Assembly: GCA_965214705.1 (NCBI GenBank)
Contig: OZ243972.1
Span: 3,904,001 to 3,968,000 of the forward strand
Length of the DNA stretch: 64,000 nt
DNA from: Alphaproteobacteria bacterium
GTDB lineage: Bacteria; Pseudomonadota; Alphaproteobacteria; UBA828
Reading direction: 5' to 3'
The notes below the pieces were generated by a model. That model was not told the origin of the DNA. It worked only from the letters and a program-made list of their open reading frames with translations, and did no database searches. This document shows, one piece after another, positions 26,785-36,981 of this stretch; the stretch's first letter is position 1, and each line of letters starts with the position of its first letter. The translations under genes were made by a program, and so were the position numbers.

Positions 26785-27180
26785 ATGGTTGAGTTGCCGG
26801 ATCTGGCAAGACGGCTGCTGGACGGGAAGAACTTCGCGACCGTGGCGACCGTGATGGGGGACGGGCGGCCGCAGGCGTCCGTCATCTGGATTCACACGGA
26901 CGGCCCGCACATCGTCTTCAACACGGCGGAAGGGCGGGTGAAACCCAAGAACATGCGCCGCGACGCGCGGGTCGCGATCGCCGTGTTCGACATGGAGAAC
27001 CCTTACCAGCAGGCCATGATCCAGGGCCGCGTGGTGGCGATGGAGCACGAGGACGCCGACGCACACATCGACGCGATGGCCAAGAAGTATCTGGACCTGG
27101 ACAGCTATCCCTACCGCCAGGAGGGAGAGCAGCGCGTGATCGTCAAGATTGAGCCCGAAAAAGTCGCACTCATGGAATAG
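26785..27180 (+). CDS. PPOX-class (putatively F420-dependent) oxidoreductase
   Basis: FATVAT..DGRPQ.S.IW, FNTAEGRVK.KN.RRD.RV and HIDAMAKKY. Confidence 0.85.
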   Translation: MVELPDLARRLLDGKNFATVATVMGDGRPQASVIWIHTDGPHIVFNTAEGRVKPKNMRRDARVAIAVFDMENPYQQAMIQGRVVAMEHEDADAHIDAMAKKYLDLDSYPYRQEGEQRVIVKIEPEKVALME

Positions 27181-27214
27181 GCGGTGTCAACGGCATAACG
27201 AGGGGAGGCGAGCG

Positions 27215-27973
27215 ATGAGGCTAGAGGGAAAGCGGGCATTGATCACGGGAGCGATGGGCGGCATCGGCAGCAAGGTCGCCGAGCGATTCGCCGCCGAAGG
27301 CGCCGAGCTCGCGCTGGCGGACGCGGTGGCAGGCGAGAGCCCGGTCGCAGGCGCACGCTGTTATCGGGTCGACCTTAGCAGCGTTGCTGAGTGCCGGCGC
27401 CTCGCAGCCGAGGTAGAGGCTGATCTCGGCCCGATCGACCTGCTCGCCAACTGCGTCGGCGTCTTCGAGCAGGCATCGTTCGACGAGACCACCGAGGAGA
27501 TCTGGGACCGCAACGTCGATATCAACCTGAAGGGCGTGTTCTTCCTCATTCAAGCGGTGGCGCCGCAGATGCGCGCGCGCGGCGGCGGGCGTGTCGTCAA
27601 CATCACGTCTATCGCCGCCATTCAGGGGTTCGGTACCGCCCAGGCCTATTGCGCGGCGAAGGGCGGGCTCCTCAACCTCACACAGGCATTGGCCATGGCG
27701 CTCGCGCCCGACGGCATCAACGTCAATGCGGTGGGACCCGGCTTCATCCGCACGCAGATGACCGAGCACCAATGGACCGACGACGCCTTCAACGCCGGCC
27801 TCGCCCGCATGTTGGCCACCCGCAAGGGCTACATGGAGCCCGACAACATCGCCGCAGCCGTGCTCTTCCTATGCTCGGACGATGCCGCCCATATCCACGG
27901 CACCAATCTGCGCGTGGACGACGGCTGGCTCTCCGGAATTTCGGGCGCCGCGTTCTCGGACACCCACGCCTGA
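27215..27973 (+). CDS. SDR family oxidoreductase
   Basis: TGAMGGIG, YCAAKGG, NAVGPG and VDDG. Confidence 0.9.
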   Translation: MRLEGKRALITGAMGGIGSKVAERFAAEGAELALADAVAGESPVAGARCYRVDLSSVAECRRLAAEVEADLGPIDLLANCVGVFEQASFDETTEEIWDRNVDINLKGVFFLIQAVAPQMRARGGGRVVNITSIAAIQGFGTAQAYCAAKGGLLNLTQALAMALAPDGINVNAVGPGFIRTQMTEHQWTDDAFNAGLARMLATRKGYMEPDNIAAAVLFLCSDDAAHIHGTNLRVDDGWLSGISGAAFSDTHA

Positions 27974-28007
27974 CGCCCGAGGCCGCAGACACGACGAGGA
28001 CGGCGCG

Positions 28008-29039
28008 ATGAAGTTCGGTCTGCTGTTCGCTCATCAGGTGCCGCCGGAGAGCGGCATCGCGAGCCAGGAAACCTACCGGGACATGCTGCGCTGCCTGCCG
28101 CGGGCGGAGGAGCTGGGCTACGTCTCGGCCTTCCAGTGCTCCCACCATGTCCAGAAGGACAGCTTTTGCCCCGGCCCGCTGGTGGCGATGGCCGGCGCCG
28201 CCGCGGTCACCGAGCGGATGCGAATCGGCACGGCGGTTCTGCTGGTGCCGCTCTATGCGCCGCTCAAGCTTGCCGAGGATGTCGCGGTGATCGACAACCT
28301 CTCCGGCGGGCGTTTCGTCTTCGGCGTGGCGCCGGGCTACGTCTCGCAGGAGTTCACTGCCCACAACGTGCCTCGGGAGGAGCGGGTCGGCCGTTTCGAG
28401 GAGGCGCTGGACCTAATGATCCAGGCCTGGACCGGAGAGCAGTTTTCTTTCGAGGGCCGCTACTACCGGGTGCCGGAGGGGCGGGTGACACCGAAGCCGG
28501 TTCAGGACCCGCACCCGCCCATCTGGTACGGGGTCTCGGCGCCGGGCTCGCTGCGCCGGGCAGCGGCGCGTCGCTGCGTGCAGATCATGTCGCCGCGCCA
28601 CGGGCTCGCCGAGCTGGAGGAGCATTTCCGGCCCTACGAGGCCGCTGCCAACGACGCCGGCTGGGAGATCCCGGAGCGGCCAGTGATCCGCCAGGTGTTC
28701 GTGGCACCGACCATGGCGGAGGCGGAGGTGAAGGCCGCGCCCGCCGTGGACTATCTCTACCGCGTGCTTTACGGCGCCGCGTCTGCTGCCGGCGACCGGG
28801 TGCTGCGGCGGGACGACGGCAGCGTGATCGAAGACCCCACCGAGGTCGCGTTCGCGACCTTCAAGGACCGCTACATCATCGGCGATCCCGATTTCGCGAT
28901 TCGCCGCATCCAGGACTACCAGGCGGCGGTGAACCCGAGCGAGATGATCTGCTGGATGCACATGCCGGGCGTAAGTGGCGCGGACGCGATGGCCTCGGCC
29001 GAGCTCTTCGCCAGCGAGGTCATGCCGCACTTCCAGTAG
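28008..29039 (+). CDS. LLM-class flavin-dependent oxidoreductase
   Basis: AEELGY..HH, TERMRIGT, LAEDVAVIDNLSGGR and PKPVQDPHPPIW. Confidence 0.9.
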   Translation: MKFGLLFAHQVPPESGIASQETYRDMLRCLPRAEELGYVSAFQCSHHVQKDSFCPGPLVAMAGAAAVTERMRIGTAVLLVPLYAPLKLAEDVAVIDNLSGGRFVFGVAPGYVSQEFTAHNVPREERVGRFEEALDLMIQAWTGEQFSFEGRYYRVPEGRVTPKPVQDPHPPIWYGVSAPGSLRRAAARRCVQIMSPRHGLAELEEHFRPYEAAANDAGWEIPERPVIRQVFVAPTMAEAEVKAAPAVDYLYRVLYGAASAAGDRVLRRDDGSVIEDPTEVAFATFKDRYIIGDPDFAIRRIQDYQAAVNPSEMICWMHMPGVSGADAMASAELFASEVMPHFQ

Positions 29040-29144
29040 CGCCACAGTTCCCGATCAAACAGACAATGTGGTCGGATGGTTTTGCGCACGGGCATCCCGC
29101 AGCGTAGGGTCCGACGACCGCCAAGGCCTTTGAAAGCACCGGCA

Positions 29145-29420
29145 ATGGAATACGCATTGCGCGACGCGAAAGCACATCTCTCCAAGCTCGTCAGGGACGC
29201 CCAGAACGGCGAGCGCGTGGTCATCACCAAGCACGGCAAACCGGTCGTCGAGCTTGTGCGTTGCCACGAGCGCGGCGGAATCGACTTCGACAAGCTGGAT
29301 GCGGACCGTCGGCGGTTAGGAATCGAGGACGCCTCTCCGGAAGAGGCCGAGGCGATGATAGCCGCCTTTCACGACCCCGCGCTCAGCCGCCGGGTGCTCC
29401 GAATCGCGGGCAACGAATAG
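29145..29420 (+). CDS. Phd/YefM family antitoxin (no adjacent toxin)
   Basis: [32 protein letters not shown]. Confidence 0.85.
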   Translation: MEYALRDAKAHLSKLVRDAQNGERVVITKHGKPVVELVRCHERGGIDFDKLDADRRRLGIEDASPEEAEAMIAAFHDPALSRRVLRIAGNE

Positions 29421-29439
29421 TGGGCAATCAGAGCACACA

Positions 29440-31119
29440 ATGAGCGCAGGCGACGACTTCATTCGGGCGGTGGTCCGCGCCGACCTCGCGGCCGAGCGGC
29501 ATGACGAGGTGGTGACACGCTTCCCGCCCGAGCCCAACGGCTATCTCCACATCGGGCACGCCAAGTCGATCTGCCTCAACTTCGGCGTGCCGCAGGAGTT
29601 CGGCGGGCGCTGCCACATGCGCTTCGACGACACCAACCCGACCAAGGAAGAGCACGAATTCATCGAAGCGATCCTGGAGGACGTGCGCTGGCTCGGCTTC
29701 GACTGGGGCAGCCATCTCTATTTCGCCTCCGACCATTTCGAGCGCCTCTACGAGTGGGCCGAGCACCTGATCCAGAGCGGCGACGCCTACGTTGACGACC
29801 TCTCGGCCGAGGAGATCCGCGCCCATCGCGGCACGCTCACCGAGCCGGGGCGCAACAGCCCTTACCGGACCCGACCGGCGACGAAGAGCCTCGACCTCTT
29901 CCGCCGCATGCGGGCGGGCGAGTTTCCCGAAGGCGCGCGGGTGCTGCGGGCGAAGATCGACATGGCGTCGGGCAACATCAACATGCGGGACCCGGTGCTC
30001 TACCGCATCCTGCACGCCGCCCATCCGCGCACCGGCGAGGATTGGTGCATCTATCCCACCTACGACTTCGCGCACGGGCAGTCGGACGCGATCGAGGGCG
30101 TGACCCATTCGCTCTGCACGCTCGAGTTCGAGGATCACCGCCCGCTCTACGACTGGCTGATCGAGCACCTGCCGGTGCCGACGGTGCCGCGGCAGTACGA
30201 GTTCTCGCGCCTCAACCTCAGCCACACCGTGCTCTCCAAGCGGCGGCTGACGCAGATGGTGGAGGAGGGCAGGGTGGACGGCTGGGACGATCCCCGGATG
30301 CCGACCCTGCGCGGCCTGCGCCGGCGGGGCGTGCCGCCCGAGGCGATCCGCGACTTCGTGGGGTTGCTCGCCATCTCCAAGACCAGCGACAACCTGGTGG
30401 AGCAGGCCATGCTCGACCATGCGGTGCGCGAGCGGCTGAACAAGACCGCGCCGCGCCGCTTCGGGGTGCTGCGCCCGCTCAAGCTCACGATCGAGAATTA
30501 CCCGGAAGGAGAGGGCGAGTGGGTCGACGCCCTCAACAACCCCGAGGACCCCGACGCCGGCACCCGGCAGGTCCGCTTCGGGCGGGAGCTATACGTCGAG
30601 GCGGACGACTTCATGGAGGACCCGCCCAAGAAGTTCTTTCGGCTGGCGCCCGGCCGCGAGGTGCGGCTGCGCTACGGTTACCTCGTGACCTGTCGGGAAA
30701 TGGTCAAGGATGAGTCCGGCGCGGTCACCGAGCTGCGCTGCACCTACGACCCGGAGACCCGCGGCGGCCAGGCGCCGGACGGGCGCAAGGTGAGAGGCGC
30801 GCTGCACTGGGTCTCGGCGCATGACTCGGTGGAGGCGGAGGTGCGGCTCTACGACTCGCTGTTTAGCGAGCCGCTGCCGGGTGCGGACGGCGGCGCGTTG
30901 TGGGACGACCTCAATCCGGCATCGCGCACGGTTTTGACCGGCTGCCGGCTGGAGTCCGGCCTTGCCGACGCGGCGCCGGGCGAGACGGTGCAGTTCGAGC
31001 GGCAGGGCTATTTTTGCCCCGATCCGGTCTCCACGCCCGAGCGGCCCGTCTTCAACCGCACCGTGGGCCTGCGCGATTCCTGGGCGCGGGCGCAGAAGCG
31101 GGCTGCGAGCCAGAGCTAA
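29440..31119 (+). CDS. glnS: Glutamine--tRNA ligase
   Basis: [45 protein letters not shown] and QFERQGYF. Confidence 0.95.
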   Translation: MSAGDDFIRAVVRADLAAERHDEVVTRFPPEPNGYLHIGHAKSICLNFGVPQEFGGRCHMRFDDTNPTKEEHEFIEAILEDVRWLGFDWGSHLYFASDHFERLYEWAEHLIQSGDAYVDDLSAEEIRAHRGTLTEPGRNSPYRTRPATKSLDLFRRMRAGEFPEGARVLRAKIDMASGNINMRDPVLYRILHAAHPRTGEDWCIYPTYDFAHGQSDAIEGVTHSLCTLEFEDHRPLYDWLIEHLPVPTVPRQYEFSRLNLSHTVLSKRRLTQMVEEGRVDGWDDPRMPTLRGLRRRGVPPEAIRDFVGLLAISKTSDNLVEQAMLDHAVRERLNKTAPRRFGVLRPLKLTIENYPEGEGEWVDALNNPEDPDAGTRQVRFGRELYVEADDFMEDPPKKFFRLAPGREVRLRYGYLVTCREMVKDESGAVTELRCTYDPETRGGQAPDGRKVRGALHWVSAHDSVEAEVRLYDSLFSEPLPGADGGALWDDLNPASRTVLTGCRLESGLADAAPGETVQFERQGYFCPDPVSTPERPVFNRTVGLRDSWARAQKRAASQS

Positions 31120-31396
31120 GGCGCAGGTTTCGCCAGGGTCCGAGGCTGACGCGCGCGGGAGCGCGATGCGCTCCCGCGTGATGACGGAGAAGAGAAGGCA
31201 GCCCTCTCATCTCGCCCTGTGCCCCCGGACCAAGGTGCGGTGCACGGGGCGCGTCCCCTGCGCCAGGATCGCGCCATGTCGATCGAGTACAAGCCGGGCG
31301 CTGCGCGGGCGGTGATGCAGTCGCGGGTCAAAGCCATTCGTGCCATCATCGCCGAGGGCCTTCGCCCAGGACGGCGTGACGCGAGAGAGGGAAAAC

Positions 31397-32287
31397 ATGG
31401 CGCGCAAAGTCATCATCACCTGCGCGGTGACGGGCTCGGCGGACACGGTGGCCAAGAATCCGGCAGTGCCCGTGAGCCCGACGGAGATCGCGCAATCCGC
31501 GCTCGATGCGGCCAGGGCTGGTGCCGCCATCGTGCACGTCCACGTGCGCGACCCCGAGACCGGAAAGGCCAGCATGGCGCTCGATCATTACCGCGAGACC
31601 GCCGGCCGAATCCGCCAGAGCGAGACCGACGTGGTACTCAACCTGACGACGGGCTACGGCGCGCGCCTCAGCCCCGGTGTGGAGGACCCCTTCGATTACG
31701 GGCCCGGCACGACCTTCACGGCGCCGGCCAGGCGGATCGCCCACGTGGGCGAGCTCAGGCCCGAGATTTGCAGCCTCGACGTGGCGACCATGAACTCGGG
31801 CGGCGTGCGCGACGACAGCGTGATGATCAACTCGCCGCCGCAACTCCGCTACATGGCCGATAACATGCGGGAGTGGGGGGGCGTGCCGGAGTTGGAGGTC
31901 TTCGACGTGGGCGGCGTGCGGCTCGCGGCGAACCTGATCGAGAAGGGCCATGTCCCGGAGCCGGGGTTCTTCCAGCTCTGCCTGGGGATCGAGTGGGGCG
32001 CGCCGGCGACTCCGGAGGCGCTCTCCTACATGAAGAGCCTGCTGCCGGAGGGCGCGCACTGGGCGGCCTTCGGTATCTCCCGCGACCAGCTTCCCATCGC
32101 CGGCCTCTCGGTGCTGAGCGGCGGCCATGTCCGCACGGGGCTCGAAGACAATCTCTACCTTGGGCGGGGTACTCTCGCGCCCTCCAACGCGGCGCTGGTG
32201 GAGCAGGCGGTGGCGCTAGTCCGCATGCTGGGGGCGGAGCCGGCGACGCCGGCGGAGGCCCGCGAGATACTCGGCACGCGCAACTGA
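31397..32287 (+). CDS. Beta-keto acid cleavage enzyme (BKACE/DUF849)
   Basis: VIITCAVTG, AGAAIVHVHVRD, PELEVFD and HVRTGLEDN. Confidence 0.92.
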   Translation: MARKVIITCAVTGSADTVAKNPAVPVSPTEIAQSALDAARAGAAIVHVHVRDPETGKASMALDHYRETAGRIRQSETDVVLNLTTGYGARLSPGVEDPFDYGPGTTFTAPARRIAHVGELRPEICSLDVATMNSGGVRDDSVMINSPPQLRYMADNMREWGGVPELEVFDVGGVRLAANLIEKGHVPEPGFFQLCLGIEWGAPATPEALSYMKSLLPEGAHWAAFGISRDQLPIAGLSVLSGGHVRTGLEDNLYLGRGTLAPSNAALVEQAVALVRMLGAEPATPAEAREILGTRN

Positions 32288-32380
32288 GCCGGCCGGGGCA
32301 GGCCACGGAACGCAGCAGGTGCGCGGCTCCTGGCGCCGGGGTAGAAACCGCTCCCGAACCGCGACGACGAGCGACAGACC

Positions 32381-33436
32381 ATGATCCCGCTGATCGATAT
32401 CGAACCCTTCCTCCACGGTTCTCAGGGGGACAAGGCGCACACGGCGAGAGCGCTTGACGACGCCTGCCGCGCGTTCGGCTGGCTGGTGGTTGCGGGCCAC
32501 GGGGTACCGAAATCGCTGATCGACGAGATGCACGGTGTCTCGCGCGGCTTCTTCGCGCGGCCCCACTGGGAAAAGATGAAGCACAAGATGCCGGCCGACC
32601 GTTATCGCGGCTACACGCCGCCTGGGACGGAGAGCCTAGCCTACAGCCTGGACGAGGAGCGCCCGCCGGACCTCAAGGAGGCCTACAGCATGGGGCCGGT
32701 GGATGCGGCCTACGACGAGTATCACTACGGCCCGGCCGGCGCGCGCTATTTCGCCCCCAACATCTGGCCGGACCGGCCTGCGGACATGGCGCGGGTGTGG
32801 GAGGCCTATTACCGCGAGATGACGCGTCTCTCCGCCGATATCATGCGAATCTTCGCCGTGGCGCTCGACATGCCCGAGGGCTTCTTTCAGGCCAAGATCG
32901 ACGAGCACATCACCAACTTCAGCGCCATCTACTATCCGTCGCAGCCGGATGCGCCGCTGCCGGAGCAGCTTCGCGGCGGCGCCCATACCGATTACGGCAG
33001 CCTCACTCTGGTGCATTGCGACACCGCCGTGGGTGGGCTGCAGATTCAGACCGAGTCAGGGGCTTGGGAGGACGTGCCGTGGTTTCCCGACAGCTTCTCG
33101 GTCAATCTCGGCGACCTGATGGCCGAGTGGACCAACGACCGCTGGCGCTCGACCATGCACCGCATCGCGAATCCGCCCCGCGACAAGGCGCACCTCGACC
33201 GGCTGTCGCTGATCTTCTTCCATCAGCCCAACTACGACGCAGAGATCGAGTGCCTGCCGAGCTGCGTGAGCGCCGACAATCCGGCGCGCTACGGGCGTAC
33301 GACCTCGGGCGATCACATCACGATGAAGCTAACCAAGCAGCGCGCGCCGGGGCTGGAAGCGGTGGCGGCTGGCGAGTCGGACGGGCGCCCGAAGGCGTGG
33401 CTCTACCCGCCGAAGACCGAGGGACGCGCGGGCTGA
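32381..33436 (+). CDS. Isopenicillin N synthase family 2OG-Fe(II) oxygenase
   Basis: IPLIDI, DLKE, HTDYGSLT, NLGDLM..WTNDRWRSTMHR and RLS. Confidence 0.92.
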   Translation: MIPLIDIEPFLHGSQGDKAHTARALDDACRAFGWLVVAGHGVPKSLIDEMHGVSRGFFARPHWEKMKHKMPADRYRGYTPPGTESLAYSLDEERPPDLKEAYSMGPVDAAYDEYHYGPAGARYFAPNIWPDRPADMARVWEAYYREMTRLSADIMRIFAVALDMPEGFFQAKIDEHITNFSAIYYPSQPDAPLPEQLRGGAHTDYGSLTLVHCDTAVGGLQIQTESGAWEDVPWFPDSFSVNLGDLMAEWTNDRWRSTMHRIANPPRDKAHLDRLSLIFFHQPNYDAEIECLPSCVSADNPARYGRTTSGDHITMKLTKQRAPGLEAVAAGESDGRPKAWLYPPKTEGRAG

Positions 33437-33512
33437 GAGACGCGGCGCATCCTTCACCCAAACGTGATTGGCCTTGCGATTTCGTCAGGCGCCCGCGTGC
33501 TACCATCGCGCC

Positions 33513-34268
33513 ATGATTGTGAAAAAGAAGCTTGGCGCTCTTCTCCTCGTCGCGGCGCTCGTGGCCGTTCCGGCTGCGGTGCGCGCGGACGACCCCAAGG
33601 TGGTTCTGGAGTTGTTCACGTCCCAGGGCTGCTCATCGTGCCCCTCGGCCGATGCCTATCTCGGGGAGCTGGCGGCGACGCGGGACGATGTGGTCGCGCT
33701 CTCGTTCCACGTCGACTACTGGGACTACATCGGCTGGGAGGATCGCTTCGCGACCGAGGAGACAACGGATCGGCAGCGGGACTATGCCCGTGCGCTCGGC
33801 ATCGCCTACGTCTATACGCCCCAGCTCGTAATTGACGGCGCCCGCCACGCGGTAGGGTCCAACAAGCGGGCCGTGAGCGAAGCCATCGCCACGTCGAAGG
33901 CCGTGAAAGCGAGGCGGGTCCCCGTGGCGCTCACGTCGAGCGGCACCGGCCAACTATCCGTCGAGATCGGCCACTCCGACGGCTACTACGGAGAGGCCAC
34001 GGTCTGGCTCGTCTCCGTCGATCGAGAGCACAGGACCGCGGTCGACGCCGGCGAGAACCGGGGACGCACGCTGACCAACTATCACGTGGTGCGCGATTTT
34101 CGCTCTATCGGGCGCTGGACCGGCGGCGCCATGACCCTCAAGTTCGGGCCGGACGAGCTATCGCGCATGGCCGATGGCATGGGCGACGGCTGTGCCGTCC
34201 TCGTGCAGGAGAATCGCGGTAAGGGCCGCATCATGGGCGCGGACATCGTCTGGATGGACGAGAGTTGA
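33513..34268 (+). CDS. DUF1223 thioredoxin-like exported protein
   Basis: ELFTSQGCSSCP.AD, HVDYWDYIGW and YTPQ. Confidence 0.92.
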   Translation: MIVKKKLGALLLVAALVAVPAAVRADDPKVVLELFTSQGCSSCPSADAYLGELAATRDDVVALSFHVDYWDYIGWEDRFATEETTDRQRDYARALGIAYVYTPQLVIDGARHAVGSNKRAVSEAIATSKAVKARRVPVALTSSGTGQLSVEIGHSDGYYGEATVWLVSVDREHRTAVDAGENRGRTLTNYHVVRDFRSIGRWTGGAMTLKFGPDELSRMADGMGDGCAVLVQENRGKGRIMGADIVWMDES

Positions 34269-34307
34269 AGGGTAGGCCCCGGCCGTGGCGGGCGCGGGGC
34301 CGGACGA

Positions 34308-36248
34308 TTACTCCGCGAGGGCCCGCGACACCAGACCCGAAAGGCGCTTGGTGAAGGCCGAGGGGTCGGGCACCGGCTCGCCTTCGAGGATGAGCGCCTG
34401 ATCCATCAGCAGGTGCGCGGCGTCCTCGAGCGCCTCGCTTGCGCCTTTCTGGCCGACCATCCGCGCCAGTGCCCGGGTCAGATCGTGTGACGGGTTGATC
34501 TCCAGCACCCGCTTCTGCTCCGGCAGCTCGTGCTTGTGCTGGCGCAGCAGCCGTTCCAGGTGCATGTCGAGGTCACCCTCGTCGGCGACGAGGCAGACCG
34601 GGCTGTCAGTCAGGCGCTCAGAGGTGCGCACGTCCTTGACGGCATCCGCCAGCGTCAGCTTCACCAAGGCGATCAGCTTATCCATCTCGCCCGGCGGCGT
34701 GGCGTCGGTCTCATCCGGCTTGGCCTCCTCGCTCACCGCGAACTTGTCCAGGTCTGCCGCGCCCTGCGTGACCGAGCGGAACGGCTTCTCCTTGTAGGCG
34801 CCGATTACCGGAAGCCAGAACTGATCGACCGGGTCGACCATGAGCAGCACGTCGATGCCGCGGGCGCGAAAACCCTCGATCTGGGGACTGCGGCGCAGCG
34901 CGTCGGCATCCTCCCCGCTCATGTAGTAGATGGCTTCCTGCTGCTCAGGCATGGCGTCCACGTAGTCGTCGAGCGAGAGCCAGCGCTCACCGCCGCCCGT
35001 GGAGCGGAAGCGGACGAGGGGAAGCAGCCGGTCCTTCTGCTCTGCGTCTTCGTACAACCCCTCCTTCAGCACCGCGCCGAAGTTGTCCCAGAACGACGCG
35101 TATTCCTCCGGGGTCTTCTTGGCGCGCTTCTCCAGCTCGGAGAAGACGCGCTTGACCAGTCCGGTCCTGATCTTCGCCAGGATCGGATCGTTCTGGAGGG
35201 TCTCGCGGCTGACGTTGAGCGCGAGATCGGCGGAATCCACCACACCCCGCATGAAGCGGAGGTAGGGCGGGATCAGCCCCTCGCATTCGTCGGTGATGAA
35301 GACCCGCCTGACGTAGAGCCGCACCCGGTGCCGGCGGATCGGGTCGAACAGATCGAAGGGCGTGGTGTCCGGCACGAAGAGCAGCGCCGTGTACTCGATG
35401 CGCCCTTCGGCGTGGAGGTGGATGGTGTGCCAAGGGTCGCCCGGCATGTGGGCGATGTGGTGATAGAACTCGCGGTACTGATCCTCGTCGATGTCGCTCT
35501 TGGGCCGGCTCCAGAGCGCCGAGCCCTCGTTGACCATTTCCTTCTGGCCGCTCTCGTTCTCGAGCCAGATCGGCAGGCCGACGTGGTCGGAGTAGGCCTT
35601 GACGATGGTGCGGATGCGGAGCGGCTCCAGGAATTCCCGCGCGTCCTTGCGCAGGTGAAGCTCGATCCGGGTGCCGCGGGCGGCGTCGACCTCCGGCGCG
35701 ATGGAAAACGATCCGGTCCCGTCCGAGCGCCAGCGCCAGCCCTCGGCCTCGTCTGCCCTGCGGGTCACGACGTCGACGCGCTTCGCCACCATGAAGGACG
35801 AGTAGAAGCCGACGCCGAACTGGCCGATGAGCCCGGCTGCCAGGCCGTCTTGTTCCTCCTTCCCGCTTTGCTCGTCCTGTCCGTCCTTCCCGTCATCGTC
35901 CCGCGAGTCGGCCATCTGTTTGACGAAGGCCTCTGTGCCGGAGCGCGCAATGGTGCCGAGGTTGTCGATCAACTCCTGGCGATTCATGCCGATGCCGTTG
36001 TCGGTTACGACCAGCACGCTGCTCTTGCTGTCCGGCGTAATGGTCACCGCAAGCGCGGCGTCGTCGCCCAGCAGGTCGGGTTGTGTGATCGCGGCGTAGC
36101 GCAGCTTGTCGCAGGCGTCGGACGCGTTCGAGACCAACTCCCGCAGGAAGATTTCTTTGTCCCGATAGAGCGAGTTGGCCATGAGGCCAAGCAGCTTGCT
36201 GACCTCGGCCTGGAACGCGTGGCGTTCCCCGCTGGTGTTCGCCATCAT
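34308..36248 (-). CDS. htpG: Chaperone HtpG (Hsp90)
   Basis: FQAEV, IFLRELVSNASDA, DNGIGM and IGQFGVGFYS. Confidence 0.97.
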   Translation of the reverse strand: MMANTSGERHAFQAEVSKLLGLMANSLYRDKEIFLRELVSNASDACDKLRYAAITQPDLLGDDAALAVTITPDSKSSVLVVTDNGIGMNRQELIDNLGTIARSGTEAFVKQMADSRDDDGKDGQDEQSGKEEQDGLAAGLIGQFGVGFYSSFMVAKRVDVVTRRADEAEGWRWRSDGTGSFSIAPEVDAARGTRIELHLRKDAREFLEPLRIRTIVKAYSDHVGLPIWLENESGQKEMVNEGSALWSRPKSDIDEDQYREFYHHIAHMPGDPWHTIHLHAEGRIEYTALLFVPDTTPFDLFDPIRRHRVRLYVRRVFITDECEGLIPPYLRFMRGVVDSADLALNVSRETLQNDPILAKIRTGLVKRVFSELEKRAKKTPEEYASFWDNFGAVLKEGLYEDAEQKDRLLPLVRFRSTGGGERWLSLDDYVDAMPEQQEAIYYMSGEDADALRRSPQIEGFRARGIDVLLMVDPVDQFWLPVIGAYKEKPFRSVTQGAADLDKFAVSEEAKPDETDATPPGEMDKLIALVKLTLADAVKDVRTSERLTDSPVCLVADEGDLDMHLERLLRQHKHELPEQKRVLEINPSHDLTRALARMVGQKGASEALEDAAHLLMDQALILEGEPVPDPSAFTKRLSGLVSRALAE

Positions 36249-36287
36249 CCCCTCCGATGCGCCCGTCCGCCGTCAATTCGGAGCGCT

Positions 36288-36316
36288 ATATGTGACGAAC
36301 CTGCGGGTGGTTCAAG
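36288..36316 (-). promoter_or_regulatory. Putative RpoH promoter of htpG
   Basis: Minus strand CTTGAA-N16-CACATAT. Confidence 0.6.
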
Positions 36317-36361
36317 CCCGTGCTCGCTCATTCGAGCGACGAGGGCAGGCGCAGCGAAGGC

Positions 36362-36829
36362 CTATTCCAGCTCGTCGAGCTGTTCGCCTGCGAGAAATCG
36401 TTCCATGACGATGCCGTCGGACTGTTCATACCGGCCGTCACCTAGCGGCGTGACGTACTTGCAGAATTCCTTGGGGCCAAGCGGAATGCTTGGATAATTC
36501 GTGCAGAATTGGCCAACGTCATCGAAGAAATACGTTCCGTCATAGTTGAAAGTCCCGAATGGCGTCTTCGCCTTCAATTTCGCTGTTCCATCGGAAGCGA
36601 AATACTCCGCCGCGTCGATATTTCTTTTGGCTTCAACGCTGATGACGGTATTCCCTACGATAAGTTCCTGGATTTCGGCGACGGTCATCGTACCGGCCGG
36701 AGCGGCCGCATCTTGAACTGCAGCGTCTTGAGTCGTCGCAGCCATCTCATACGGTTGGCACGCTGCAACAGCGAGTCCAAGAGCCGCAACCGCCAAGCCA
36801 CCGGCTCCAATCTTCCAAAGACGAGTCAT
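36362..36829 (-). CDS. Hypothetical lipoprotein, low GC
   Basis: Lipobox-like LAVAAC; GGAGG RBS; visibly AT-richer than the flanks. Confidence 0.65.
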   Translation of the reverse strand: MTRLWKIGAGGLAVAALGLAVAACQPYEMAATTQDAAVQDAAAPAGTMTVAEIQELIVGNTVISVEAKRNIDAAEYFASDGTAKLKAKTPFGTFNYDGTYFFDDVGQFCTNYPSIPLGPKEFCKYVTPLGDGRYEQSDGIVMERFLAGEQLDELE

Positions 36830-36981
36830 TCGATAACCTCCCAATGAGCGAGACGTATTTTCCACGCACGATCATTCTAGCCATCTGTGGGACGTGGCAT
36901 ACCCGCGATTACGAAGTGAGGAACGCCATGGCGCCTGCTCATGGGGTTGCCAAATCGGGCTGGACCGCCAAACTTTCTGTC

